A stretch of 64,000 nucleotides of DNA from a virus. Below the pieces are notes generated by a model. That model made no database searches. It was given only the letters and a program-made list of their open reading frames with translations, and was not told the DNA's origin. A program made the position numbers and the translations under genes. Positions 39,272-48,528 of this stretch are shown piece after piece (the first letter of the stretch is position 1; each line of letters starts with the position of its first letter). The DNA is taken from the IMG/VR virus record IMGVR_UViG_3300037067_020797, positions 1 through 64,000 of that record; one strand, written 5' to 3'.

Positions 39272-39463
39272 TTATTTCTCCTTTTTGGGAGGAGGCAGCA
39301 CAGTAAAATGTGTTTTTACTTCAATACCTGGTAACACTTCAGTAGTAAATACAGATGCATCCGTTAGAGGGTGCATTGTAACAAAATCTAAATTTTCTTC
39401 TGCACACTTAAGTGCTCGACTCTGTATTTGTTGAGTGTTAAGTATTTCATAATCTTTAGACAT
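39272..39463 (-). CDS. small hypothetical protein
   Basis: 63 aa ORF. Confidence 0.3.
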   Translation of the reverse strand: MSKDYEILNTQQIQSRALKCAEENLDFVTMHPLTDASVFTTEVLPGIEVKTHFTVLPPPKKEK

Positions 39464-39472
39464 GACGACTCC

Positions 39473-40117
39473 TTAAAATTCCGTTATAACCCCATTTACT
39501 CGTTGCCACTTTAATCTAAAGTAGCGCTTATCTTGTAATAGATTTGTCCATTGAATCGGTTGAAAAGTATCTGGATATTGATTACATATTTTAGTTCGTA
39601 TATCAACCCATTGTGTTGGATGTAATTCTGTATACTTATATATATGGTACCAACAATGTTCAGTACAAAAAGTGCCTTTTGTAAACCAATTATTTTCACT
39701 TAATACATCATGTTGAAGAAATTTTAAATGTAAGAATCTTCCGATTGGATTTAAAATTTTTATCCATAAGCCCGCCCAACCAAACCATAACCATGAAGCA
39801 TAACCATATACGTCACCGAGAAAAGTTCTTTCACCATAATCTAATGCGTGATAATTTTCTTCTTGTGTTCCGCCGATTATTTCATATACCCAGAAATTAT
39901 ATTTTGGATCTTTTATGAAATTATCCCATGTTTCGTGAACGACACCATTATATTCTGCTGAAAGTAATAAGGGTATATCTTGCTTTGATCCTGTGGGGTA
40001 AGTAACTACACAGCCATGTGTAGCGCCTTTACCATTTACCCAATGTTGTAAAGCGGCTGTAAACCCATGGCCATCCCCGACTATTAGATCTCCTGGTTTT
40101 AGATTTAAAGTGTTCAT
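39473..40117 (-). CDS. hypothetical protein with conserved Cys/His (possible papain-like hydrolase)
   Basis: 214 aa. HGCVV and CTEHCW motifs. Assignment is weak. Confidence 0.3.
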   Translation of the reverse strand: MNTLNLKPGDLIVGDGHGFTAALQHWVNGKGATHGCVVTYPTGSKQDIPLLLSAEYNGVVHETWDNFIKDPKYNFWVYEIIGGTQEENYHALDYGERTFLGDVYGYASWLWFGWAGLWIKILNPIGRFLHLKFLQHDVLSENNWFTKGTFCTEHCWYHIYKYTELHPTQWVDIRTKICNQYPDTFQPIQWTNLLQDKRYFRLKWQRVNGVITEF

Positions 40118-40315
40118 ATTGATGTTTTACTTTTTTACGGATCTTCCAACTGTAATGTTTTTTAAACTCGGTCCAATTTTCACCGGCATGATAGGAGCAA
40201 CAGGAACATTTACGAGTTTTCTTGCATATATACTGTTTATATGCTTTATTAAATACGGAGGAGTTAGTAGTGTGTTTTACTATTTCGTGATACATAAACT
40301 TTGTACTGCCCGACC

Positions 40316-40350
40316 GCAGTAAAAATAAAAGGGCAAATTATAGTCACCGA
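40316..40350 (-). promoter_or_regulatory. promoter-like repeat copy 1 (minus-strand TATAAT + conserved TTGCCCTTTTATTTTT leader)
   Basis: Minus-strand reading: cggtgacTATAATttgcccttttatttttactg. A second copy at 40676-40710 directly precedes the tRNA-Ala. Confidence 0.35.
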
Positions 40351-40512
40351 TATTTTTTCCAGTGATAACGATGACAGACGGCCCTAAAAATTAAAGCTGA
40401 ATAATAGTTTGAGACGGAGATTTGTCCGCCCACTGCTTACGCAGTGAGGTAGCCATCGGACGCTGCTACCTTTTCCATTGTGATAACCATCTCGATTCGA
40501 CTCAGCTTATAG

Positions 40513-40592
40513 TAGGGATTGATGGATTCGAACCACCGACTTCCTGTCCGTGAACAAGTCCTCTGGCCATTATTCTTCTGAGGTAAATCCCT
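40513..40592 (-). ncRNA. tRNA-like element (perfect acceptor-like stem and T-arm, oversized D- and anticodon-like loops)
   Basis: Minus strand: AGGGATT-TA-CCTC[16-nt loop]GAGG-ACTT[13-nt loop]AAGT-C-GGTGG-TTCGAAT-CCATC-AATCCCT-A. 7-bp acceptor-like stem and canonical TTCGAAT T-loop. The middle arms do not fit a canonical cloverleaf. Confidence 0.3.
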
Positions 40593-40599
40593 GTGTTAC

Positions 40600-40676
40600 T
40601 GGTGGACCCGAAGGGAGTCGAACCCTCCACAGATTGCTTGCAAGGCAGCCTCGCCCCCAACGGAACATGCGAGCCC
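40600..40676 (-). tRNA. tRNA-Ala (anticodon UGC), CCA encoded
   Basis: Minus strand: GGGCTCG...CTTGCAA anticodon loop (U33, TGC, A37)...GAGGG-TTCGACT-CCCTT-CGGGTCC-A-CCA. Acceptor stem with the G3:U70 wobble. T-arm canonical. D-arm irregular, with one C-A mismatch in the anticodon stem. Confidence 0.6.
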
Positions 40677-40710
40677 AAAAATAAAAAGGGCAAATAATTA
40701 TAGACCGCGT
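40676..40710 (-). promoter_or_regulatory. promoter-like repeat copy 2 directly upstream of tRNA-Ala
   Basis: Minus-strand reading: cgcggtcTATAATtatttgccctttttatttttg, followed by the tRNA 5' end. The TATAAT lies about 21 nt before the mature 5' end. Confidence 0.4.
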
Positions 40711-40912
40711 TTTTTTGTCTTTAAGTAAGATAAGATAACGATCTAAATCCGGCCCTACATTAATATATGATTTTTTTACTTTAAAGTCAAGTAAATTCTT
40801 GGCGCGTGTCCGGCAATCTTTACTTGTTAAGGGGATGTAAAGATGTTTGGAGGAGTCGGTCCTAGCCAATTCTGACACGCGTTAGTGCTGTAAACAGCAC
40901 ATAGTGAATATC

Positions 40913-41521
40913 TTATACCAGATTTTTTAGCACTATATCTGTAAATTCTTCCAGCCTCTTAACTCTGATAAGTCCATAATCCTCATCTTTTAAATTTCGA
41001 TTATATGGTCGATCCATTACAAATACCTTAGCATCAGAGTAAGTTGCAACTTCTGCACAGTTTTCTGGACGATCGTCTAAGAAGTATTTAAGATCCAACG
41101 CCTCAGCCAAGGGTGCCTTGTTAAACGATACTATAACCTGAGGACTGGTCCATCCTATCTTTTCCAGACTCTTGATAGTTTGTCTTATTAACGTATTTCC
41201 TTTAGTACTTACACGGGCAGTAATAAAGTATACAGCGATCTCAGGATTCTTATCAAAATGTTCACACATGTAATGTACTTGTCCTGGATTAAGTACCTCT
41301 ATTTCTTCCCAAAAATTATCTCGTTGAGTCATTACTTCCCATGCACGATCAAGCAATACCCTGTCTGCAGGATACCATTCTTCCCATCTCCAGGATTTAA
41401 ATCTGGGATCATCTTCATTTATAATAGGTAGATGATCACCGCCGAGCTCACGAATAATCTTAGAATATTCTTTAGCCCAATTAAATTGTACACCATCACA
41501 ATCTATTCCTACGTTTATCAT
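40913..41521 (-). CDS. HAD-superfamily 5'(3')-deoxyribonucleotidase-like protein (putative)
   Basis: N-terminal IDCDGV resembles HAD motif I (DxDx[TV]) of NT5C-type nucleotidases. Confidence 0.4.
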   Translation of the reverse strand: MINVGIDCDGVQFNWAKEYSKIIRELGGDHLPIINEDDPRFKSWRWEEWYPADRVLLDRAWEVMTQRDNFWEEIEVLNPGQVHYMCEHFDKNPEIAVYFITARVSTKGNTLIRQTIKSLEKIGWTSPQVIVSFNKAPLAEALDLKYFLDDRPENCAEVATYSDAKVFVMDRPYNRNLKDEDYGLIRVKRLEEFTDIVLKNLV

Positions 41522-41937
41522 TGATACTTCTCGTCTTGTATTATTCCAAACTTATGAAAATATCTTAACGGCCTCCATTTATGACCGTTAACATAAAACC
41601 CCCATTTATGATATGGCCTACCACATAGTAATAAAGTCCATGCGCCTTCTTTCGGTATATCTAAATAATGTCGACCTAATGCATTACCTTTCCAAATTGA
41701 CCCCGCGTGTACAATTTTTTGTCCGTTAGGAGTCACATTTTTATATGTTCCTCGTAATATAATAGAGATAAAATTACATGCATGATCATGAAAATACCGT
41801 CGATCGTCTGATTTTAACCAGTGGTGAATACGCAACGAATACCCAAAAAATAAAAATGTCCAACGATATAAATAAGGACAATCTTTCCGTCCTAAAGCTT
41901 CACGCCATCGAATTTGAAATAACTTAAATGGTTTCAT
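41518..41937 (-). CDS. hypothetical protein
   Basis: 139 aa. Overlapping start and stop with neighbours. Confidence 0.35.
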   Translation of the reverse strand: MKPFKLFQIRWREALGRKDCPYLYRWTFLFFGYSLRIHHWLKSDDRRYFHDHACNFISIILRGTYKNVTPNGQKIVHAGSIWKGNALGRHYLDIPKEGAWTLLLCGRPYHKWGFYVNGHKWRPLRYFHKFGIIQDEKYQ

Positions 41938-42176
41938 TTCATAGCTTTCTTTACCATTTTTAATAAGAATTTAATTTCTTCATCCCATCCACCAAATGCG
42001 GAAGAATGAACACCTTTTACTTCTTGAATTATAGCTCTGATCTGAGCTTTTTCTTTGTCTGTGTATATTGCTTTCATAATAGTCAGGGGAGGAGGACTCA
42101 AACCATCCAGTCTTCTGCAAGTACTTACAGCTATTTTATCGATTAAACTATCCCCCGAATGGTTATTGAACGCCAT
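41934..42176 (-). CDS. small hypothetical protein
   Basis: 80 aa. Confidence 0.3.
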   Translation of the reverse strand: MAFNNHSGDSLIDKIAVSTCRRLDGLSPPPLTIMKAIYTDKEKAQIRAIIQEVKGVHSSAFGGWDEEIKFLLKMVKKAMK

Positions 42177-42462
42177 TTATTAGTGGTGCCGTTCTTATAT
42201 TTAAACGTTGTAAATAAGCATCTTGAATGCTATCAACACGGCATTGCTCAGAATAATTTTCTTTTTGAGTATGCTCTAAAATCTCAATTCGTTTTTTTAA
42301 ACTATCCGACACTTGACACATGATAACTAAACTGTCAGATTTTTCTTGATTACTTTTTTCAATATCTTCAATAGCTATTGCATTTGCAGCATGTCCCAAG
42401 CCTAAACTAAAAAGTAATATAAATATGAATACAACAAATATTATATTAAAATATTCATTCAT
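42163..42462 (-). CDS. small secreted or membrane protein
   Basis: N-terminal hydrophobic signal-like segment. Confidence 0.3.
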   Translation of the reverse strand: MNEYFNIIFVVFIFILLFSLGLGHAANAIAIEDIEKSNQEKSDSLVIMCQVSDSLKKRIEILEHTQKENYSEQCRVDSIQDAYLQRLNIRTAPLINGVQ

Positions 42463-42926
42463 AGCTGTTCCAATAATTGTGGATAAAAATTTGTTTTTGC
42501 TCTAAATCCGTGCTGAGTAATAATCCATTGATCATATGCTTCTGCTGCTTCTTGTTCTAAAACAAACGGACCTTTAGCCTTATCATAAGCCATATAATAA
42601 TAACCATCCTCTCGTTTAAATACTCCTATGAACATAGAAGGTTTTTTCCATGATTTCTTTTCAAGAAACATGGTATTACGGGCACAATTTAACTCATCTC
42701 CAAAAAGATGATGTATCTTAACATTAGTATATGGCGTTAGACAATAAACAAATCGTTCTAATGTGATTTGATATGGAATGGCATTTAGTTCTGGGTGGCC
42801 AACTGGTTTTAAATAAACGCAAGCGCGAGGTTTACCTTTTCGAAGATGCCAAGTATAATGAGAAACACGGTCAAAATCTTCATCATTAACCTTCGCTTCC
42901 TGTCCGTCTATCTGTATTATTTTCAT
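42459..42926 (-). CDS. hypothetical protein
   Basis: 155 aa. Confidence 0.35.
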   Translation of the reverse strand: MKIIQIDGQEAKVNDEDFDRVSHYTWHLRKGKPRACVYLKPVGHPELNAIPYQITLERFVYCLTPYTNVKIHHLFGDELNCARNTMFLEKKSWKKPSMFIGVFKREDGYYYMAYDKAKGPFVLEQEAAEAYDQWIITQHGFRAKTNFYPQLLEQL

Positions 42927-43152
42927 TTAAAATATCCCTTATTAAACCTTCTCTATAAGCGGCAGTTTTTGTTTTATAAAATTGTTTCGGGTCCTCTTGT
43001 TCTATAATATATCGAACACCTTGTTTTAACATATATGCTTTAAGCACAAGACCCCGTTTTAGAGCTGCAGATTTTATTTTACCGTAAGTCAGGGGCGGAG
43101 GTATCCCACAGGACTTACAAATAAAATCATCTAATTCAGGGTCGTATATCAT
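42886..43152 (-). CDS. small zinc-ribbon-like protein
   Basis: CKSCG motif. 88 aa. Confidence 0.3.
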   Translation of the reverse strand: MIYDPELDDFICKSCGIPPPLTYGKIKSAALKRGLVLKAYMLKQGVRYIIEQEDPKQFYKTKTAAYREGLIRDILNENNTDRRTGSEG

Positions 43153-43159
43153 GCTTTAC

Positions 43160-44035
43160 TTAAAAGTTGCCGTCGGCTACCTGAAAAACAACGATATTAA
43201 GATCATTCCTATACATTCGTATCATCTGATCTCTATCATCCAAAGCAAATAAAACCGAAAATTTTCCAGCTATATTGGCATCATATAACTCACGTTTCAC
43301 TATACAATCCTTTCGAAAATCCTTAGTCGTACGCATATATAATGCATCGTAAGTTATGTTATATTTCTTAAGCCAACGTTCAGTATGAGGTCTAAATTGT
43401 TCTTCTCTTCCTGACATTAGTATTATACGAAGATCTTTGCCATTTTTCAAGTACATTGATTTCATAGCTTCTAATGTTTGAGCTACCGGAATAGATACTG
43501 CATCATCCTCACATTTAACCGTTTCAAATGGGCCTCGATTTGTAAATAATGCCAGTGTACCATCAAGATCACAAATAATGGCGAAAGGCAGAGTGGAATC
43601 TGTAGCTATTATAGGCTGTCGCTTTACACCTGGAAGAAATCTCACAAAGCTCCGAACAACCTTTTCACCAACGTGCCCTTCGCCAACTTTACGCTGTGAA
43701 TCCCGATATACACATTCCTCTACTGAGACATCTGTGAAATCTTGAACTATGTATTCAGCATCACAATCTTTCGCAAATTGAACTAAAGCATCAAATGTCT
43801 TTGGAATGAGATTAGTATCATCACTAATTACATCTATTCCGGACTGTAATAAACTTGTGATATTCTCATCCCTTAATTTACGTATAAAGTCTTCGCTTTT
43901 CCCTGGATAAGTTTTCCGTAAAGCATCACGATTTACAATACATGTACCAGGATGACTTGTAACATATTCTTTTGCCCACGTGGATTTACCTGAACCAGGT
44001 AATCCACGACAAATAATAAATTTAGATTTCGCCAT
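43160..44035 (-). CDS. pnk: polynucleotide 5'-kinase / 3'-phosphatase (T4 Pnkp-like)
   Basis: N-terminal P-loop kinase IICRGLPGSGKSTWAKEY. C-terminal HAD phosphatase motif ICDLDGTLALF (DxDGT). About 291 aa, like T4 Pnkp. Confidence 0.7.
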   Translation of the reverse strand: MAKSKFIICRGLPGSGKSTWAKEYVTSHPGTCIVNRDALRKTYPGKSEDFIRKLRDENITSLLQSGIDVISDDTNLIPKTFDALVQFAKDCDAEYIVQDFTDVSVEECVYRDSQRKVGEGHVGEKVVRSFVRFLPGVKRQPIIATDSTLPFAIICDLDGTLALFTNRGPFETVKCEDDAVSIPVAQTLEAMKSMYLKNGKDLRIILMSGREEQFRPHTERWLKKYNITYDALYMRTTKDFRKDCIVKRELYDANIAGKFSVLFALDDRDQMIRMYRNDLNIVVFQVADGNF

Positions 44036-44285
44036 ATTTTTTATCCTTATTTATTTTATAATACCATAAATATGCCCCGCTTAATGCTCCAGCTAAAATA
44101 GTTAACACAATTATAACCCAATTATATATTCCTGCAACCTTTAAAATAGCATTTAAAGTTGCCCATGGTAATGCGCCTAACATAATTGTGATATAAAACA
44201 AAAAAGTATTTTTTAGTTTTTGCCAAAACATACTATCATCTATATAATATATCTGACACGTATTTGACCTCTTCATCCCACGCAC
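44022..44285 (-). CDS. small membrane protein
   Basis: Two hydrophobic helices. Confidence 0.3.
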   Translation of the reverse strand: MRGMKRSNTCQIYYIDDSMFWQKLKNTFLFYITIMLGALPWATLNAILKVAGIYNWVIIVLTILAGALSGAYLWYYKINKDKKYGEI

Positions 44286-44922
44286 CGATTAAGTGCCACC
44301 AATTGCCTACAGGTGATTTTCCAAGAACGATTGGATCCTTCTTTCTTTCGACTTCTCTTGCTACGCTTTCTTTTACGATTAATATAATTTCAGCTTCATC
44401 AGAGTCAACCCATAACTTACCCCAGGCAGTCCTAAACTTACTTATTTCTTCAAGACCTTCGGTTGGTATTGTTGAAATGTAACTATTTATCGGAACTCGA
44501 CAAAGTTTATATTTAGCCAAAAGATCATTAATGGCAGCTTCTGTTACGACAGGCCAGGGAGAAAGAATTTCTGGACATTTGCGAAATCTTTTTCTTGCTT
44601 TAAGATAAAGTAGTGCTAATTTTTCCTCGTCAAAATCTAATTTATTCTTCTTTATTATCTTTATTCTGGCATTTACTACACTGATAGCTTTATCCAAATT
44701 TTCCAAATATAATAAAGGAATATTTGGCTGTATTAATTGTTTTACAACATCTACAGGGTTACTATCAATACGTTTATCCATTTGATCCTCGAATGCGGGG
44801 TTAACAGCAAAGGTAGAGCCAAAAGTACCCCATCTTGATCCCATAATAAAAGAATTCCTTCGCCTGGATAATTTTTTAATACCAGTAATAAATTTTTTAG
44901 TAAATCTGACTAAATTATTCAT
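44236..44922 (-). CDS. hypothetical protein
   Basis: 228 aa. Confidence 0.35.
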   Translation of the reverse strand: MNNLVRFTKKFITGIKKLSRRRNSFIMGSRWGTFGSTFAVNPAFEDQMDKRIDSNPVDVVKQLIQPNIPLLYLENLDKAISVVNARIKIIKKNKLDFDEEKLALLYLKARKRFRKCPEILSPWPVVTEAAINDLLAKYKLCRVPINSYISTIPTEGLEEISKFRTAWGKLWVDSDEAEIILIVKESVAREVERKKDPIVLGKSPVGNWWHLIGAWDEEVKYVSDILYR

Positions 44923-44931
44923 AGATTTCTC

Positions 44932-45171
44932 CTAACTTGTTTTAGATTTTCCTTTATTTACTATTGTTCCTAAGGGAAAAGGTTGCGTGTATTCTATAAA
45001 TTTATAACAATCGGGGCATATGCCTACAGAATAAGTTTCACCGCCGACGGTGATCATAATATCTTTGTCATGGGGGCATAATAATTGAGCTAACCAGTTA
45101 GGCCAGAAATTTATTAATATCCCATGTGATCGTCTCCACCAGTGAGTAGGACGAATATAAGTTTCAAACAT
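44932..45171 (-). CDS. small Cys-containing protein
   Basis: 79 aa. C..HD...CPDC pattern. Confidence 0.3.
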   Translation of the reverse strand: MFETYIRPTHWWRRSHGILINFWPNWLAQLLCPHDKDIMITVGGETYSVGICPDCYKFIEYTQPFPLGTIVNKGKSKTS

Positions 45172-45305
45172 TTTATCCTTTCAAATAATTGAGGGGTCTT
45201 GCGACCCCCCGATAGTATAATATTACACGTCATGTTACCAGCGTGCCGGCCTACAGTACAATCGAGAAAACAGCCGGTCGTGAAAGGATGTTTAGTTCGA
45301 TTGTT

Positions 45306-46091
45306 TCACAGTAAGTTATTTTTATGTAATATTTGTTTTTGAATTTGTACTAACTGATTATCCAGCCAGTCATAATCAAACTTTTCCGGCAATATGCTAT
45401 CTCTGTTAGCTTCATCCAGATCTTGTTCATAGCATTTAAATAGGTACTGAAATTCCTCTAAGGTTATTTGTCCTAATTTTACTTCCATACATATTTTTTG
45501 TTGTACTTCTGGAAGTCTTACAGGAAAATATCCTTCGAGCAATGCTTCTTTACCGGCATACATTAAACGTATACAATGTGATGCATTGCGAGGAGAGTAA
45601 TTTAAACGTTCGAGCTCTTCCTTTCGTCGGGCTCCTAAATCACGAGAAGATTCACCAAGTGCTTTGCGATATTCTGCGTAAGAGTACCCATGTATAACGT
45701 TATATATCTGTTTGGTAATAAAGGCTTCTTTATGTAAAAGAATATAATACTTAAATTGTTCGTTGCCGTCAAATAAGACGCAGTCTTCTGGGCTGAACAA
45801 CATTTCTAACATCTGTGTATTACCAGCTGCAGCTAAATGACAAAATTTACGAACATGCCAATAAACTTTATCTTCTGGTTCTGGAAATACTTTTTGTTCA
45901 AAGATTTTCATACCAAAATAATACCTTAAATCATCTGGCATCACTACACCACGTATGTCAAGATCCGATTCGGGGGTAGCTAATCCATAGGCATGAGAGC
46001 CAATTTTGCATTCATATAATTTAATTAAATTCATATTAATAAAACCACGTATGTGTCCATTGACCAATAATCTTAATATGTGATAATACAA
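45306..46091 (-). CDS. minimal nucleotidyltransferase (Pol-beta superfamily)
   Basis: GSHAYGLATPESDLDIRGV fits the GS-x9-DxD nucleotidyltransferase signature. Sits in the RNA-repair neighbourhood. Confidence 0.5.
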   Translation of the reverse strand: MYYHILRLLVNGHIRGFINMNLIKLYECKIGSHAYGLATPESDLDIRGVVMPDDLRYYFGMKIFEQKVFPEPEDKVYWHVRKFCHLAAAGNTQMLEMLFSPEDCVLFDGNEQFKYYILLHKEAFITKQIYNVIHGYSYAEYRKALGESSRDLGARRKEELERLNYSPRNASHCIRLMYAGKEALLEGYFPVRLPEVQQKICMEVKLGQITLEEFQYLFKCYEQDLDEANRDSILPEKFDYDWLDNQLVQIQKQILHKNNLL

Positions 46092-46195
46092 TTAATATAA
46101 AAACATACCAAGATACTACTTCAGTAATACACATTATAAGTCCAACTACGATAAAAATAATTGAAAACAAATTTATTTCGGTTATTCTCCAACAT

Positions 46196-46624
46196 TTATT
46201 CATCTAATACTCCTGCCTGAATTAGTGTCCTTCTAAGATTAGTAGAGACATATTCATGTGCATTTTCTTTAGTTACATATTTGAAAGCATCTGCTTCTGG
46301 AAATGGTTTTCGATTAGGAAGCTTTACCATTTCCGTGCATTTAAGTGTATCGATATTTGGAAGTTTATCTAACGTAATTTTAAAGAGATAGAGATCCTTT
46401 GCAGGTAGATACGTAAACTGCCCAAGATCTTGAATTACAGCTATATCTGTAGGTATAGTAAAACCAGTTTCCTCTTTAACCTCGCGAAGGCATGCATCTA
46501 AAAAATCTTCCGCTACTTCAACTCCACCTTTGGGTATATCCCAAATCTTTTGTCCTGTCGCATGACAGACTAAAAAACTGGTGCCATCTGTTAAAATGGC
46601 ACCCGCTGATATCTTACGAGGCAT
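46196..46624 (-). CDS. Nudix hydrolase
   Basis: Nudix box GGVEVAEDFLDACLREVKEETGF. Confidence 0.65.
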   Translation of the reverse strand: MPRKISAGAILTDGTSFLVCHATGQKIWDIPKGGVEVAEDFLDACLREVKEETGFTIPTDIAVIQDLGQFTYLPAKDLYLFKITLDKLPNIDTLKCTEMVKLPNRKPFPEADAFKYVTKENAHEYVSTNLRRTLIQAGVLDE

Positions 46625-46696
46625 TTAGTTTTCCTTTCTCTGCTAAACGCCGTAATCGTCTTTTTTGTTTCCTTAATTTGCGAGCCTGAATAGCAC

Positions 46697-47449
46697 GTGT
46701 ATGTATTTTATTTGCCTCAGCTCTTAGAATTTGACCTTTTAAGAAGTTCATGGATTCATGTCCTTATGCATTTAGGTGTTTTTATGATTTGCATTTTTGC
46801 AGATATTTTTGTATATTATAAAATGACTAAAATAATAGAACATAAAATTAAAGAAGCTTATAATAACGGACATTCCTATAAAAGCATAATGCATGAGTTT
46901 AACGTTAGTTATGGCACGATTTGTGGTATTATTGGAAAATTTAAACTTGCCGGTCGAAAACTTAAAATAAAACTAATAGGAAAAAATAAAGCAAAATGTA
47001 GCAGATGTCATAAAATTCGACCATTAAGTAGATTTAGTGTAGGGCATTCTACTAAAAAGTATTATTATAGCTTTTGTAATACCTGCCATCAGGGGAAAAG
47101 AACAATTTATTATAATACTAATATAGAAAGTCGTTTAAAATTAATATATACTCACCTTAAGAGCAAAGCTAAAAAACTAAATCTTAAATTCTTTATTTCA
47201 TTTGAGGAATTTAAAAATATTTATAATAAACAAAATAATAAATGTTATTATACTGGATTTACAATGACAACGAAATTAGGAAATGGAGCTTCAAAATTTG
47301 CAATTTCAGTTGATCAAATTATACCCGGCAAAGGTTATACAAAAGATAATATTGTATTTTGTACGCGTTTTGCAAATTCCATAAAAAGTAATTTATCCAA
47401 ACAAGAATTAAGGAAATGGATAAAAGCTATTTATCAACATATTAATTAA
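46697..47449 (+). CDS. zinc-finger / HNH-like endonuclease domain protein (possible homing endonuclease)
   Basis: Two CxxC/CxxH pairs (CSRCHK, CNTCHQ). C-terminal VDQIIPGKGYTKDNIVFCTRFANSIKS resembles a degenerate HNH core. Confidence 0.35.
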   Translation: MYVFYLPQLLEFDLLRSSWIHVLMHLGVFMICIFADIFVYYKMTKIIEHKIKEAYNNGHSYKSIMHEFNVSYGTICGIIGKFKLAGRKLKIKLIGKNKAKCSRCHKIRPLSRFSVGHSTKKYYYSFCNTCHQGKRTIYYNTNIESRLKLIYTHLKSKAKKLNLKFFISFEEFKNIYNKQNNKCYYTGFTMTTKLGNGASKFAISVDQIIPGKGYTKDNIVFCTRFANSIKSNLSKQELRKWIKAIYQHIN

Positions 47450-48525
47450 GCAGGAAGAACCTGGTGCAGTAGTTTTTTATAAGCATCGTTATCTAATTCT
47501 CGATTATCGAGCATCGTAAATACAAATCCCGATCGACTCGTTTTACCGTAAGCAGATATGATCTTAGCTGCTGCTTCCTTTCTTGGAAGTGTTCGCACTT
47601 CGTCAGCAAAAAATTTCATATGGTCAAGGATCTTATTAACTTCTTTATTCGCATCGGCTAATTTACTTATATCTCCACGTGCAATAACTGCACATTCGTA
47701 ATCGTAGGTATTGGCTACATAATCGTAAAATTCTTGATAAGACGGCCGACCACATAACACGTACGCTTCAAGTAAATTATTGATACTTAAGTCACTTTTG
47801 AATGCATGTATCGCCAGATATTTTTGGCCTTTAACTTTTTTGATGTGTTGATCTTTATCATAGTATAAACAAACGCCCTCCTTACCATCAAATGCTCTAA
47901 CTTGGGATAATAAATCTTCAACGTCCTCAAACCTAAGCGTCGGTGGGCGCGGAATGCCCAGGTTATCTGCCATGACATCAAGTGTATTTTGAGAGAGCAG
48001 ACTATAATCATCATGAACAATGGCACCGACAAGGAAAAGTTCCGGATCCGGTCCCAGGTCGAGAACGATTCGATTTTTGGGGCTGTACCATTCGAAGATT
48101 CTTGTGAAGTTGTCATTAGGTATTTCGAAAGCTCTCCGATATTTCTTTTTAAGCAGTTCAATCTCGTCTGCATTATCAAATATACTAACATCAAATGTAC
48201 CTCGGGTACGTATGATTAATTTATCCTTAAATGGTGAAACTATAAGAGTACTTCCATCTATTTTTTCAACTGCCGTTGTTCCTATTAAACTATCAGGAGC
48301 CGGTATAATATTATCCTTTTCATCCCAGTTAAAAAACTTAGGAAAACTTGGGCTTACAAGATAACCATCTTCAGTCCATATTGATGATCTGAAGATTAAA
48401 TTTTCTTTAGTCCAAGTGCATCCCATGTGCTGCGGATGCACAAGAACTAAAGGTTCTCCATACTGGGTAGAGGTCTTCCGCAAGAACTCTTCAGAAAGCG
48501 ATTCTAATGGGTAAGATAGTTTCAT
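47446..48525 (-). CDS. ATP-dependent RNA ligase, T4 Rnl1-like (putative)
   Basis: Nucleotidyltransferase motif I VEKIDGSTLIV (KxDG). Size 359 aa. Same region as Pnkp. Confidence 0.5.
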   Translation of the reverse strand: MKLSYPLESLSEEFLRKTSTQYGEPLVLVHPQHMGCTWTKENLIFRSSIWTEDGYLVSPSFPKFFNWDEKDNIIPAPDSLIGTTAVEKIDGSTLIVSPFKDKLIIRTRGTFDVSIFDNADEIELLKKKYRRAFEIPNDNFTRIFEWYSPKNRIVLDLGPDPELFLVGAIVHDDYSLLSQNTLDVMADNLGIPRPPTLRFEDVEDLLSQVRAFDGKEGVCLYYDKDQHIKKVKGQKYLAIHAFKSDLSINNLLEAYVLCGRPSYQEFYDYVANTYDYECAVIARGDISKLADANKEVNKILDHMKFFADEVRTLPRKEAAAKIISAYGKTSRSGFVFTMLDNRELDNDAYKKLLHQVLPA

Positions 48526-48528
48526 TTT

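Noticed and set aside
40513-40592. Second canonical tRNA gene next to tRNA-Ala.
   Set aside because: The acceptor stem and T-arm are perfect, but the D-like and anticodon-like arms have 16-nt and 13-nt loops. No 7-nt anticodon loop with U33 and R37 can be drawn. Kept only as a tRNA-like element.
47787-48364. ORFs 47787..48194, 47989..48219 and 48020..48364 overlapping the Rnl1-like ligase gene.
   Set aside because: They overlap a 359-aa ORF with a KxDG ligase motif and operon-consistent boundaries.
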